Positions 10,427 through 20,554 of a stretch of DNA of 55,296 bases are shown here, one piece after another (position 1 is the first letter of the stretch; every line of letters starts with the position of its first letter). The stretch covers positions 1 through 55,296 of the forward strand of contig JAHQWL010000022.1 of NCBI GenBank assembly GCA_029856155.1, given 5' to 3'. The DNA comes from Promethearchaeia archaeon (lineage in GTDB: Archaea > Asgardarchaeota > Lokiarchaeia > Sigyniarchaeales > SOKP01). The translations under genes were made by a program, and so were the position numbers. The notes below the pieces were generated by a model that saw only the letters and a list, made by a program, of their open reading frames with translations, ran no database searches and was not told the origin of the DNA.

Positions 10427-10999
10427 TTATAGAAGTTGATTAATAGTTTCACTCTTATTCTGATTTAAACTAATGATTTGACTACTTAGTCTTTGAATAT
10501 TTTTCAATGCTTCTTCATCTTTTAAAACATCCCCTTCATAGAAGCCGAAACCTAAAACGCCCGCAATCTTATTCACTTGAAGTCTTGATAAATACTCTTC
10601 CATTTCATTTGTTCCAGAGCCAATATCTCGCCGACCAACGATAATATAGCTACCCGTTTTACCTTTTAATTGCCCTTTCCTTAAATGCCAAGTCCTTTCC
10701 ATAAAAGCTCTCATATATGAATTAACTCCCCCCATAAAGATAGGACTCGATAAAATAATGACTTGGGCCTCCTTAAGTTTAGGGTATAGAACCTGCATGT
10801 CATCCTTAATGGAACATTCTTCATTTTCCATGCAATGATAACACTCTTCGCATGGATTTATATTCAAATCTTTTAAAAATATCTTCTCAATTTCAAAACT
10901 ATCTTTTAATAAATCCAAGAGTTCATTGGTTAAAAGTGTCGTATTCCCATTTTTTCGCGGGGACCCTATAATCCCAATTGCTTTTTTCTTTTCCATCAT
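10427..10999 (-). CDS. Iron-sulfur flavoprotein / NADPH-dependent FMN reductase family
   Basis: GSPRKNGNT, CEECYHC..EECSIKDD, SSPIF. Confidence 0.85.
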   Translation of the reverse strand: MMEKKKAIGIIGSPRKNGNTTLLTNELLDLLKDSFEIEKIFLKDLNINPCEECYHCMENEECSIKDDMQVLYPKLKEAQVIILSSPIFMGGVNSYMRAFMERTWHLRKGQLKGKTGSYIIVGRRDIGSGTNEMEEYLSRLQVNKIAGVLGFGFYEGDVLKDEEALKNIQRLSSQIISLNQNKSETINQLL

Positions 11000-11104
11000 T
11001 ATTCATAGATTTTTTTCTTTTAATTCTACTAATATTTCTATAGTTTTTCTACTAATGAGGTGTTTTTTAATTTTAAAATATTGATACAAAATTGTTTTAA
11101 ATGA

Positions 11105-11593
11105 TCATATCTTCCCATAACTTACTGGGTAATTAGTTTCCACTCTCTTTTTCTTATAATCTTCATTGTTAGATTCAATAATTTTTCTCTTTATCAGACT
11201 TGATGAATTTAGTTTAAATTTATCATAATATGTTTTTAATCTCTTTACTTTGATATTTTCGAGATTTATTTTTTTTAAGTTTTTTTTTAAAGTATTTATG
11301 TCAAACTTTTGATTTGGACCTAATAAAATGATATCAGGTTTAATTTCTGATATTGTTAATAATGTTTTCTTATCTTTTCTTCCTAATTTAGCTTCTTTTA
11401 CATTTTTCAGATTCTTTATTACTTCTAGCCTCTGTTCCTCAGGGACAATTGGCAGTTTACCTGAAAATCTTTTTCGATTTTTATCTGTAGCTACAATTAC
11501 ATAAACATCACCTAGTTTTGCTGCTTGATTAATTAAAAATGTATGACCTGGATGTAAAATATCAAAAGTTCCAGCCACAATTACTTTCCTAAT
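11105..11593 (-). CDS. ribL: Archaeal FAD synthetase (cytidylyltransferase family); proposed ATT start
   Basis: RKVIVAGTFDILHPGH, QRLEVI, KPDIILLG, SSSLIK; GGTGA 6 nt before ATT 11593. Confidence 0.8.
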   Translation of the reverse strand: MRKVIVAGTFDILHPGHTFLINQAAKLGDVYVIVATDKNRKRFSGKLPIVPEEQRLEVIKNLKNVKEAKLGRKDKKTLLTISEIKPDIILLGPNQKFDINTLKKNLKKINLENIKVKRLKTYYDKFKLNSSSLIKRKIIESNNEDYKKKRVETNYPVSYGKI

Positions 11594-11646
11594 GATTAAT
11601 CACCATCATATTGAACATAAAGTTCATAATAATTAAAAAATAAAGT

Positions 11647-11976
11647 TTATATCTGCTTAATTATTTCTTTCAAAATTGGTTCACCGAAAGTTCCAATCAT
11701 AACTCCTTTATTCACAAATATTTCCTCGTTAATCTTGATGTTTTTATTTAAAAGTTTACCATTCTTGAAAAATAATAAAGCAGGTACCGCATGGATATGC
11801 AATTTTCGAACTAAATCGCTATTTTCATCAATATCAATTTCTTTAAACATAATAGAACCATTCTCTCTAAATTTTTCTAAGATAGGTGAGAATAATTTAC
11901 AAGACTTACACCATTTAGAACATAAAACAATTATAAATATACCCTCATCAGGAGCTTGGATTCCAAACTCTTTCAA
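11647..11976 (-). CDS. Thioredoxin-like protein
   Basis: WCKSC active site, IDIDEN, IHAVPALLFFKNGK. Confidence 0.85.
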   Translation of the reverse strand: MKEFGIQAPDEGIFIIVLCSKWCKSCKLFSPILEKFRENGSIMFKEIDIDENSDLVRKLHIHAVPALLFFKNGKLLNKNIKINEEIFVNKGVMIGTFGEPILKEIIKQI

Positions 11977-12120
11977 ATAATCACTATTGATATAATTACC
12001 TCTTGAATGATATATTTTAAATTTATTTTCTTAAATTGATCCCCAATTAAAGTTCAATACTTTCATTGACTACGATAATTCAACTTTTTTGTTTTTTTTT
12101 AAATTGATTAACTACTAAGG

Positions 12121-12333
12121 TTAAGCTTTCAACTTCGCGTAGCAATCTTTACAAAAAAAAATTCTTCGCATTTTACTCGAGTCCCAAACCATATGGCCCG
12201 ACTTATGCTTCGTTTCGCAACCCCAACACATCTTATATAGTTTAGTATCAACAAAATATTCATCTTCTGCTTTAAAAATATCGTCTTTTATTATCTCTTT
12301 ATAACTTTTCAATTTTTTAACAACTCCATTCAA
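12121..12333 (-). CDS. Small CxxC...CxxC Zn-finger protein
   Basis: CWGC and CKDC; palindromic operator directly upstream. Confidence 0.55.
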   Translation of the reverse strand: MNGVVKKLKSYKEIIKDDIFKAEDEYFVDTKLYKMCWGCETKHKSGHMVWDSSKMRRIFFCKDCYAKLKA

Positions 12334-12343
12334 ATATTAATTC

Positions 12344-12418
12344 TGAATAAATATTCATTATTACAGACTATGTAATAGTTATTAATATAGTAATTTAAGA
12401 GTTATGAATAATTATTCT
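12344..12418. promoter_or_regulatory. Two TGAATAATTATTCA-type palindromes
   Basis: TGAATAAATATTCA 12344-12357; TGAATAATTATTCT 12405-12418. Confidence 0.6.
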
Positions 12419-12430
12419 TAAAACTAAAAT

Positions 12431-12874
12431 TTAATTATCCCTTTGAGATTCATATTTATTAATTGCTCGTTGTAATGTTCTTACAGCTAATTCAGTACAA
12501 TGTTTATGATCTTCTGGTAAACCTTTTAAACCCTCATCAATATCCTCTGGTTTTAATGTTTTTGCATAATCTAAAGAGTGACTTTCAATTAGAAGAGTTG
12601 TTTGGCTTGCTGTTGCGATACATGCTATACAACCATCTGATATAAAATTTGCTTTTTCAATTATTTTTCCATTTATTTTAAAAAAGAATTGAATTGTATC
12701 CCCGCATGGACCAGTATAAGATTGTGAAACTGAAATTTCTTCTTTAGGTGGTTCACCCCAATTTTTAGGATTGTGAGATAAGTTAATAATATATTCATTG
12801 TATTCAGTAATCCCATTCTCTACTTTATCTTTTTGAGAATTTTCTGATAATTTATTAGAATCCCTTTTATTCAA
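12431..12874 (-). CDS. IscU/NifU-like Fe-S scaffold protein
   Basis: NPKNWG, GPCGD, DGC, LPEDHKHC. Confidence 0.88.
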   Translation of the reverse strand: MNKRDSNKLSENSQKDKVENGITEYNEYIINLSHNPKNWGEPPKEEISVSQSYTGPCGDTIQFFFKINGKIIEKANFISDGCIACIATASQTTLLIESHSLDYAKTLKPEDIDEGLKGLPEDHKHCTELAVRTLQRAINKYESQRDN

Positions 12875-12953
12875 TTTGCACTCTTATATCTTTAAGTTTA
12901 AAATATATAAATTTTAACTTGTATCAAATAATAATAATTAAATTTAAGTTTTA

Positions 12954-12967
12954 AGAATAATTATTCA
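12954..12967. promoter_or_regulatory. TGAATAATTATTCA-type palindrome between divergent iscU-like and nifX-like genes
   Basis: AGAATAATTATTCA. Confidence 0.65.
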
Positions 12968-13017
12968 CCAATCATAATTGCTTTTTTATTTTTAAAAAAG
13001 CAATAAGAAGATTTTGT

Positions 13018-13407
13018 GTGAGATTTATGAATAGAATTATTGGAATTCCTTCTGATGGTCCTGAAACCTCTGATAACGTATCACCCCATTTTGGACATTG
13101 TAACTATTTCGTTGGAATGGAAATCTATGATGCTGGTAAGTTCAAAAAGGTTTTTGCATTGCCTAATGGTGGTCATTCTAACTGTATGGAACCTGTTATC
13201 AATATGAAACAGAGAAATGTTACTGATATGATTCTAACCGGTATTGGGATGCGTCCATTTATGGGTTTTCAACAAGTTAACATAAATTTATTTCAAGGTA
13301 TCAATGGAAGCATAGAAAAAAATATAAGAATGTTAATAGAAGGACAATTAACCTCATTAAATAATTCTAGCTGTGGAGATAATTCAGAGCATGCTCACAC
13401 TCATTAA
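13018..13407 (+). CDS. NifB/NifX (IssA-like) family cofactor-binding protein
   Basis: SPHFGHC motif, GIGMRP, His-containing tail; start may be ATG 13027. Confidence 0.85.
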   Translation: MRFMNRIIGIPSDGPETSDNVSPHFGHCNYFVGMEIYDAGKFKKVFALPNGGHSNCMEPVINMKQRNVTDMILTGIGMRPFMGFQQVNINLFQGINGSIEKNIRMLIEGQLTSLNNSSCGDNSEHAHTH

Positions 13408-13450
13408 ATTGAAAATAAAATACAATAAATTTTAAAAAAGTTGAATTAAA

Positions 13451-13951
13451 ATGCCAAGTTTTAAAGAAACATATGAAGCCATAAAGGCAGATTGGAATAC
13501 CGGTGAGAAGAATTTCAATGTTAAGTGTTCAATGCTTAATGAGGGAATGCAGTGTGAAGTTACTATGGGAGCGAAGCCACATGTCATGATTATTGATGCT
13601 CCTGGTGGATTGGATGGTACAGATGAGGGACCATCTCCATTATTAGCAATTTTAGGATCCATTGGTGCTTGCATTATAGCAGTAACAAAATTTTGGGCAA
13701 AAATAATGGATATTAAAATTAATGAACTTGAAGTTTTTTCTCGAGGACATATCAACCTAGGTGCTCTCTTTGGGATTGATGATTCAAAATTACCAGGCTA
13801 TGATAAACTTGAACCTGTCATTAGGATTAAAGCAGATGCTCCTGAAGAAAAAATCAACGAATTAATGGATAAAGTTTTGACCCATTGCCCTGTTATTACT
13901 AATTTTGGTGGAGCTTCTCCAATTAAACCTAAGGTCCAGATTAGAAAATAA
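13451..13951 (+). CDS. OsmC/Ohr family protein
   Basis: DAPGGLDGTDEGPSP...GAC and HCPV. Confidence 0.85.
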   Translation: MPSFKETYEAIKADWNTGEKNFNVKCSMLNEGMQCEVTMGAKPHVMIIDAPGGLDGTDEGPSPLLAILGSIGACIIAVTKFWAKIMDIKINELEVFSRGHINLGALFGIDDSKLPGYDKLEPVIRIKADAPEEKINELMDKVLTHCPVITNFGGASPIKPKVQIRK

Positions 13952-14017
13952 ATTCTTTTCATTTTTTTTTTTATATCTTATTTTTAATTTGAAATTAATT
14001 ACTTTACTTCATTAAAT

Positions 14018-14455
14018 TTGCCACAAATTATCATGGAAAAAGAGAAACTATTTCCTATATATATAAATCCAAATTTATGTGTATTATGTCAACGATGTAT
14101 GTACAGTTGTCCGAAAAAAGCGATATTTTTTAGAAATTCACTTCGATATGTGAATTATGATAAATGTCAAGGATGTTTAAAATGCGTGGATGTTTGTGAG
14201 CATGGAGCCATTGAGGTTATCTCAATAGAAGAAGGAAAATTGAAGGGTTTTTGCATAGATCAAGAAAAATGCACTTTATGTAAAGCCTGCTTGGAGGAGG
14301 ACTTTTGCTTTCAAAATTTATTTGAACTGAAAAAAGATGAAAATACTAATAAGGAGTGGATTGAATTTCGGAAAGAAAATCTTTCAAATTGCTTCAAATG
14401 TTTAAAATGTTTTAAAAATTGTCCAAACAATGCAATAATACCTGAAATTGATTAA
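14018..14455 (+). CDS. Polyferredoxin (about four 4Fe-4S motifs)
   Basis: CVLCQRCMYSCP, CQGCLKCVDVC, CTLCKAC..FC, CFKCLKCFKNCP. Confidence 0.85.
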   Translation: MPQIIMEKEKLFPIYINPNLCVLCQRCMYSCPKKAIFFRNSLRYVNYDKCQGCLKCVDVCEHGAIEVISIEEGKLKGFCIDQEKCTLCKACLEEDFCFQNLFELKKDENTNKEWIEFRKENLSNCFKCLKCFKNCPNNAIIPEID

Positions 14456-14662
14456 TTTTAAAAAATATTTCTTTTATTCTCGAGGATTATAGATACTTTT
14501 TAAAAATATAATTACAATAAAAATATTTATTTAAAATAATGATGTAATAGAAAAAAGAGATAAAACTCATCTAAAATTGATTTACAAAGTTAGAGGAATA
14601 GGATTTATTATACTGAATTCATAATAAGTAATTGATAGAAAACAAAAAAAGAAAAAAAAGAG

Positions 14663-14860
14663 GTGAAAATATTGAGCCGAAGAGGTGGTGGTAGAAGAGG
14701 ACAGAGTGGAGGTAGAGGAATGATGGGAGGTCCTAAATCTGCAGGTCCTAGTGGTCAATGTATATGTCCTAATTGTAATACAACAGTTCCTCATCAAGTG
14801 GGTGTTCCCTGCTATAATCGAACGTGCCCGAATTGTGGTGCTAAAATGACTAGAAAGTAA
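14663..14860 (+). CDS. Small Gly/Arg-rich Cys-cluster protein
   Basis: RGG-rich N-terminus then GPSGQCICPNC...PHQVGVPC...CPNCG; probable start TTG 14672. Confidence 0.75.
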   Translation: MKILSRRGGGRRGQSGGRGMMGGPKSAGPSGQCICPNCNTTVPHQVGVPCYNRTCPNCGAKMTRK

Positions 14861-14880
14861 AATGATAACTATCTACAGCT

Positions 14881-15618
14881 TTAATTTAACATATTATTCA
14901 ATTTTTTTAATACATACGAAGCTTTACCTTCCAAAAAGATATCAACTATAGAATTTGTATATTTTGATTTTTCAATATTAATTTCTATAAATTTCGCTCC
15001 ATTTTCTTTAGCGATAAAAGGAATAGTAGATGCAGGTATTATCTCTCCAGTTGTTCCAATTAAGATAAATAAATCTGCTAATGATGTTTCTTTAATCGAT
15101 TTATTATATATATCTTGAGGGATTGGCTCTCCGAAAAATACAAAATCTGGTTTTAATAAACCATTACATTTAGGACAATAAGGGGGAGATTCTTTAATAA
15201 ACTCAGTACTATTATAGTTATTATTACAGTCTAAACATGTTAATCTTCGTGAGGTGCCATGAAATTCTATAACATTTTTACTTCCTGCCTTTTGATGTAA
15301 ATTATCTATATTTTGAGTTATGATTGACTTGATATATCCATTCTTTTCCATTTCTGCTAGTGTATAGTGAGCATCGTTAGGGGTTGCTTTTCCAAAAAAA
15401 TCATAAAAAATTTCCTTAATTAAACACCAGGATTTTTTTGGGTGTGCCAAAAAATAATTTGTATCTAAAAAAATAGGATTATATTTACTCCATAATCCAT
15501 TTTCTCCACGAAATGGTGGAATCCCGCTTTCTACAGAAATACCTGCTCCAGTAAAAACTACTGAATATCTTGATTCTGAAATCCATTCACTTGCTAAACG
15601 ATATAAATTCTCATCCAT
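14881..15618 (-). CDS. cobB: Sir2-family NAD-dependent deacylase
   Basis: TGAGISVESGIPPFRG, ITQNIDNLHQKAG, FHG, KPDFVFFGE. Confidence 0.92.
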   Translation of the reverse strand: MDENLYRLASEWISESRYSVVFTGAGISVESGIPPFRGENGLWSKYNPIFLDTNYFLAHPKKSWCLIKEIFYDFFGKATPNDAHYTLAEMEKNGYIKSIITQNIDNLHQKAGSKNVIEFHGTSRRLTCLDCNNNYNSTEFIKESPPYCPKCNGLLKPDFVFFGEPIPQDIYNKSIKETSLADLFILIGTTGEIIPASTIPFIAKENGAKFIEINIEKSKYTNSIVDIFLEGKASYVLKKLNNMLN

Positions 15619-15669
15619 TTATTATCCCTATTTAATAAAAGTAATAACTTTGATAAAAATATAAATAAT

Positions 15670-15900
15670 ATGAAAAAACATTTCTGTTGCTGGTATGATG
15701 AAACATCTGCTATGAAACGAGCTTATGATAAAGGCTTAATTGATAAAAAATGGGTAGAAAATTATTGTTGGAATGAAGGAAAAAATTGTATTAGAAAAAA
15801 AAGATTTGAAGTGGAACGATTTGTATCACCTGATTATGTCCTTCCCGATGGAACAGAAGATCTTAAATTGAAAAAGCTATATAAGAATAGATATGAGTAA
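15670..15900 (+). CDS. Small Cys-containing protein, paralog of 17196-17405
   Basis: Shared W(Y)...G.(I/L)D.KWVENYC....CIR.....PD..LP.G pattern. Confidence 0.75.
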   Translation: MKKHFCCWYDETSAMKRAYDKGLIDKKWVENYCWNEGKNCIRKKRFEVERFVSPDYVLPDGTEDLKLKKLYKNRYE

Positions 15901-15937
15901 TATTTTTCAAATTATTTACATGGTTTTTGAAATCCAC

Positions 15938-16228
15938 TTACTTCCAATTCTCTTTTTCCAAATCTAAGAATTTTTGTCGTTCTTCTTGCGTCATTATTGT
16001 TATTTTCACCTCAAGTTTCGCACCAAGCTCCTCTAGAGCTTTTTTTATGCTCATAATGAGATTATCTTTGATAGGAATATTCGGGAACGGAAGTGCAAAA
16101 TTAACAATAACATTACTACCGTTAATCATTATATTCTTAACTATTCCTAGTTCTTTTAAAGTGCTATCGATAAAAGGATGCTTTATTTCTGCCAACTTAT
16201 TGAGAACTTCTTTTTCTGAAAAATTCAC
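15938..16228 (-). CDS. DUF59/MIP18-like Fe-S assembly protein
   Basis: EVLNKLAEIKHP...LKELGIVKNI; GGTGA SD upstream of GTG. Confidence 0.75.
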   Translation of the reverse strand: MNFSEKEVLNKLAEIKHPFIDSTLKELGIVKNIMINGSNVIVNFALPFPNIPIKDNLIMSIKKALEELGAKLEVKITIMTQEERQKFLDLEKENWK

Positions 16229-16355
16229 TTCATAATCACCTAAACTATTGATTTTTTTAATTCTACCTTTTTATTTTTCAATGTTAATTTGTATTTTATT
16301 TCATTTATTTTTAAAGTATCTATCATATAATTTAAAGCTGATAAAGACTAAGAAA

Positions 16356-16931
16356 TCATCTCATTCGTCTATTTCCTACATATCCGCCAATTGTGAAATA
16401 AGAATGCTTTTCATAATATAGAGGTTTCATAAGACCTTTTTGTTTACATAAGTTTTTCAAAAAAATATTTTGATCTAAGGATAATGCAACTACTTCTGCA
16501 GTAATAATAACTCTATTATTACAAATCTTTGAAATATCTTTTATCCAAATTGTTTTACATTCTAAATGGGAGTTACATTCTTCAATTCTGGGAGGGCTAA
16601 CTATCTCTGATTCAATTGGAGTGAGTTGTGCATAAATAAATTCATCTTCAGATGAGGGTATTGGATCAGCAGTTCTATTTACTTTTTTTAAAAGTTCTAC
16701 ACTTGGTACATTCAGAACAAACTCATTTATTTGTAAGATATTTCTATAAGTATCTCTATTTTTCGCCGAACCAACACTAATTATCAGAGGATTATAAGAA
16801 ACAGGCATAACCATCCCATATGGAGCAATATTACAAATTTTATTTTCATCTATAGTAGAAATCAAATAAACGGGCACCGGAATGAAGCATAAAGCATAAT
16901 TTTCAAAATCTATACTTATTTTACTTTTCAT
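16356..16931 (-). CDS. Flavin reductase-like (flavoredoxin/DIM6-NTAB) protein
   Basis: PVPVYLIST, NIAPY, DTYRNI...EFVLN, PPRIEEC..HLEC. Confidence 0.85.
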   Translation of the reverse strand: MKSKISIDFENYALCFIPVPVYLISTIDENKICNIAPYGMVMPVSYNPLIISVGSAKNRDTYRNILQINEFVLNVPSVELLKKVNRTADPIPSSEDEFIYAQLTPIESEIVSPPRIEECNSHLECKTIWIKDISKICNNRVIITAEVVALSLDQNIFLKNLCKQKGLMKPLYYEKHSYFTIGGYVGNRRMR

Positions 16932-17195
16932 ATTCTAGCAATATAACTTACTTTATCTAAAACTTACTGATAAAGTTATTCTTCTATTTCAAATCATTTT
17001 TTAATTCAAAGAAAATTGTAAATTCTTTCCTATATTATAAGTAAATTGTTTCATTCTATAGCTAAATCAAAAAGTCTAATAGATTAATTAAATATCCTTC
17101 AAAAAGAATGATACGTTTTTCAGTCCATAGTTAGTAAAATTATTATTCTCTATATTATATTAATAAATAAATTTGACTGAGGACAATATTCAAAA

Positions 17196-17405
17196 TTGAA
17201 AACCAAAAACAAAATATGTAAATGGTATCCAGTTTGCCCAATTAAGTATTTTGTTGATCATGGCAAACTTGACCGAAAATGGGTTGAGAACTATTGTTTA
17301 ATTGGAAATAAAGATTGTATTAGATATAAACTAGAAGAAAGTGGAGAATATCATCCTGATAATATGTTACCTAATGGTGAAATTAAGGAAGAACTTTATT
17401 ACTAA
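17196..17405 (+). CDS. Small Cys-containing protein, paralog of 15670-15900
   Basis: CKWYPVCP...KWVENYC...CIRY...HPDNMLPNG. Confidence 0.75.
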   Translation: MKTKNKICKWYPVCPIKYFVDHGKLDRKWVENYCLIGNKDCIRYKLEESGEYHPDNMLPNGEIKEELYY

Positions 17406-17490
17406 CCAATTTATTTCTAACTTTTTAATTTAAAAAGGATATAAATTTTAAATTTTCTTTTCAAAACAATTCTATATTCTACAAGAACTA

Positions 17491-17907
17491 TTAATTCTCG
17501 AAATGATGGTGTTCATGATTGTCATCAGCGTCAGTATGAATCTTTTCAACACCAAATCCTTTACCCACTCCTGGAGAGCAAAGACTTTCTCCTCCTTCTA
17601 AAGTTCCGTCTAATATCTTTTTGATAACATCATCAATTTTACCAGTTACTCCTACAATTACTTCAATTCCATATTGATTAAAAAAAGCTTCAGCTCTGCG
17701 ACCCATACCTCCCGCAATCATATATTTCGCTCCTTGTTGATTTACAAACTGAGGTATACTCCCTACAGAATGTCCTGGGTTTTGAAGTATTTCTATTTTT
17801 AACACATGATTATCTTCAATTGTAACAAAAGTAAAATCTGGCGCTCGGCCAAAGTGAGCGCAAACATTTCCTGATTCTGTACTAATAGCTATTTTCATTC
17901 TTTTCAA
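17491..17907 (-). CDS. NifB/NifX family protein with His-rich tail
   Basis: KIAIS, AHFGRAP, GGMGRRA, HEHHH tail. Confidence 0.88.
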   Translation of the reverse strand: MKRMKIAISTESGNVCAHFGRAPDFTFVTIEDNHVLKIEILQNPGHSVGSIPQFVNQQGAKYMIAGGMGRRAEAFFNQYGIEVIVGVTGKIDDVIKKILDGTLEGGESLCSPGVGKGFGVEKIHTDADDNHEHHHFEN

Positions 17908-17964
17908 CTCGTTAATGAATTTTGTTTTATATTATATTATAAGAAATTATAAAATTTAAATTTA

Positions 17965-17980
17965 ATGAATAATTATTCAT
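17965..17980. promoter_or_regulatory. Perfect palindromic operator between nifX-like and DUF134 genes
   Basis: ATGAATAATTATTCAT. Confidence 0.7.
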
Positions 17981-18180
17981 AATATATATTACGTGTATTC
18001 TTTAGTTTCACATTAAAATCGAGGTATAATAATTAAAAATAAAGATGTAAAGAATTAAGATATTTCTTAATAAATATTTTTCTAGAATTTTGAATAATTA
18101 ATAATAAAAATCTGCTTTAATAATTTTATATAATGTATCAATTGGAAATAATGTTATAATCATTTTTTTGGTGATTCGAT

Positions 18181-18600
18181 ATAGGAAGAAACAGACATCG
18201 ACGGTGGGTTAATCAAACACCTAATAATATTTATTTCCCTGGAGATTCACCTAAAACCGAAGAATCAATAATAATAAATGTCGCTGAATTTGAAGCAATG
18301 AGATTAAAACATTATTTAGGCTTGAATCAGAAAGCAGCTGCTGAAAGAATGGGCGTAAGTCAACCTACATTTTCAAGAATTCTTGAAAGTGCTCATCAAA
18401 AAAATACTTTAGCACTGCTTGAGGGGAAAGAAATTAAAGTCTATGGTGGCAAATATGATTATAAGTTAAGCTTTAAAGGATATGGATGTTTAAATTGTAA
18501 TCATGAATGGGAAGATCCTAATGCGTCAAAGGATGGAAAAGTTAATTGCATTAAATGTAATTCAAAAAATGTATATTTTTTCGTTAGAGAACTTATTTAA
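18181..18600 (+). CDS. DUF134 (UPF0251) HTH regulator with C-terminal Zn ribbon; proposed ATA start
   Basis: GRNRHRRWV...EFEAMRL...LNQKAAAERMGVSQPTFSRIL; CLNC..CIKC; frame open from ATA 18181 with GGTGA 6 nt upstream. Confidence 0.85.
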   Translation: MGRNRHRRWVNQTPNNIYFPGDSPKTEESIIINVAEFEAMRLKHYLGLNQKAAAERMGVSQPTFSRILESAHQKNTLALLEGKEIKVYGGKYDYKLSFKGYGCLNCNHEWEDPNASKDGKVNCIKCNSKNVYFFVRELI

Positions 18601-18643
18601 ATTCTTATTTTATGTGAAATAGATTAATACAAGACATTCGGTT

Positions 18644-19591
18644 TTATTGAATATTATTCCATAAAATTCCTTTTAAATTTTTATAAATATTTTTAAGAGA
18701 TAAACTTGCTTTAGAATCAGGGGCAAAATCTACAACTGTTTCAGCAAAAGACATTGCTTTCGGGATCGATAAATCAAATGGAATTTTTCCTAAGATGTCA
18801 AACCCCGTATTGTCGATGTAATCCTTGAATTTATCTTGAAAAGGGCTTTTCAAATCAGATTTATTAATTATTATCCCAAACGGAATTTTAAATTGCTGCA
18901 CGACTTCTATCGCCCGTATTAGGTCGTGTAATCCAGAAGGAGTAGGTTCGGTTACGGTAATGACATAATCCAAGCCTGAAACGGTCGCAATTACGGGGCA
19001 GCCAATTCCCGGAGGGCCATCTATTAATGTTAAATTGCTTTCCTCGAATTCTTTTAAATTCTTCACAAATTCTTTAACATCCGAGACTAACTTTCCGGAT
19101 GTTGAGCTTCCTAAAATAGTCTTACCATAAACTAGCGGTGAGCCCATCTCTGAAATGTAAGAAACGATAACTCCGCTTTTAACGTATTTTATTTCAAAAG
19201 CGTGCTCAGGACATAAAAACTTACAAGCTCCACATCCCTCACACGCTAAATAATCCACTACTGGAACTTGATTATCATCGTCCCATCCTAACGCGTGAAA
19301 CTCACAAAAATGCTCGTCAATGCATTTCTTACAATTAACACATTTTTCTTCGAGGAATGTAGCTTTTAGAGTAGTATAAATGTCTTGACTCTTTATTGTA
19401 TCTTCAGCCATCGCCGGAAGTATTAAAGAGAGATTAGGAGCGTCTACATCACAATCAAGTACGATTGTTTTTAAATCCGGATCCTTATTGGCTAAGCTTG
19501 CCAAGGATGCAGTCAGAGAAGTTTTACCTACTCCACCTTTCCCCGAAATGATTCCAACATTCTTTTTCTCCATTACTTTAGCTCCTCTCAC
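18644..19591 (-). CDS. MinD-superfamily P-loop ATPase with inserted ferredoxin domain
   Basis: SGKGGVGKT, DCDVDAPN, CEGCGAC, DGPPGIGCP, TEPT; probable start ATG 19573. Confidence 0.88.
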   Translation of the reverse strand: MRGAKVMEKKNVGIISGKGGVGKTSLTASLASLANKDPDLKTIVLDCDVDAPNLSLILPAMAEDTIKSQDIYTTLKATFLEEKCVNCKKCIDEHFCEFHALGWDDDNQVPVVDYLACEGCGACKFLCPEHAFEIKYVKSGVIVSYISEMGSPLVYGKTILGSSTSGKLVSDVKEFVKNLKEFEESNLTLIDGPPGIGCPVIATVSGLDYVITVTEPTPSGLHDLIRAIEVVQQFKIPFGIIINKSDLKSPFQDKFKDYIDNTGFDILGKIPFDLSIPKAMSFAETVVDFAPDSKASLSLKNIYKNLKGILWNNIQ

Positions 19592-20516
19592 CTTGTTCTT
19601 TAGTTTCCATCCATTCGATTAAATTCTCAAATATCCTTTTAAATGCTTTATACCCCTTTCCATTCTTGTCAGTTTCGCTATTTCCATCCATTAGAGGCAC
19701 ACCTATACAATACGAATGCACGATGTCGTCATCTAAAGGAATGTCGCCAAGAATCGTTATATTCTTTTCTTTTATCTCCTTTAGGAATTCATCTCTGAAG
19801 CCCAATAACGAAGATCTATTAACAATAACTCGATAATCTTTATCCAATAATTCAATTAAATCTATTATCCGGATCAAGTCTAACTTGCCAAACCTAGTTG
19901 GTTCTGTAACGGGAATTACTAAATCGCCCTTATTGATTAAGGCTTCTACATCACAATGCGCCCCTGGAGAGGTATCTAGAATGACTACATCGAACCTATC
20001 CGGGTCATTCTTTATAATATCGTCAAATTCTTCGAGGAGCGTTTCTACAATTGCTACTGAACGAGCCTCTGTCGGTTTTAACTCACCAATTAAAAGAGAA
20101 ATCCCGTTTACTTTTGTCGAATAAGTCCAGCCTATTATTTTTGAATCAGCTTCAATTGCCTCTTCCGGACAAATCTTATAACATAATTGGCATCCAGAAC
20201 ATAAGGCTAATATTGGAATGGGAAATGAATCCGTTATGTGTAATAAAGCATGCGGCGCACAATTTTGAGCACATAATCCACATTTAGAGCATTTACTTTC
20301 AATAATTTTAGGTTTGAAAAATGGAACATCTCTTTTATTTTCAAGTTTTCCATTTAATAATAAATATGTATTAGGATTCTCTACATCACCATCTATAAGA
20401 AGAACTTTATTTCCTTCATTTTTGAACATTATAGCAAGATTAACAGCACATAAAGTTTTACCAGTTCCTCCTTTTCCCCCTGTAACACAAATTATTTTAG
20501 ATTTCTTCCTACTCAT
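19578..20516 (-). CDS. MinD-superfamily P-loop ATPase with inserted ferredoxin domain (partner subunit)
   Basis: GGKGGTGKT, DGDVENPN, CSKCGLC, CSGCQLC, DTSPGAHC, TEPT. Confidence 0.88.
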   Translation of the reverse strand: MSRKKSKIICVTGGKGGTGKTLCAVNLAIMFKNEGNKVLLIDGDVENPNTYLLLNGKLENKRDVPFFKPKIIESKCSKCGLCAQNCAPHALLHITDSFPIPILALCSGCQLCYKICPEEAIEADSKIIGWTYSTKVNGISLLIGELKPTEARSVAIVETLLEEFDDIIKNDPDRFDVVILDTSPGAHCDVEALINKGDLVIPVTEPTRFGKLDLIRIIDLIELLDKDYRVIVNRSSLLGFRDEFLKEIKEKNITILGDIPLDDDIVHSYCIGVPLMDGNSETDKNGKGYKAFKRIFENLIEWMETKEQGERS

Positions 20517-20554
20517 AAGGGATGTATTTATTTTCTAATTAATTCATAGATTTT

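Noticed and set aside
18644-20300. Apparently higher GC in the two ferredoxin-ATPase genes as a mobile element
   Set aside because: Impression by eye only; no boundaries, repeats or mobility genes, and the genes fit the surrounding operon
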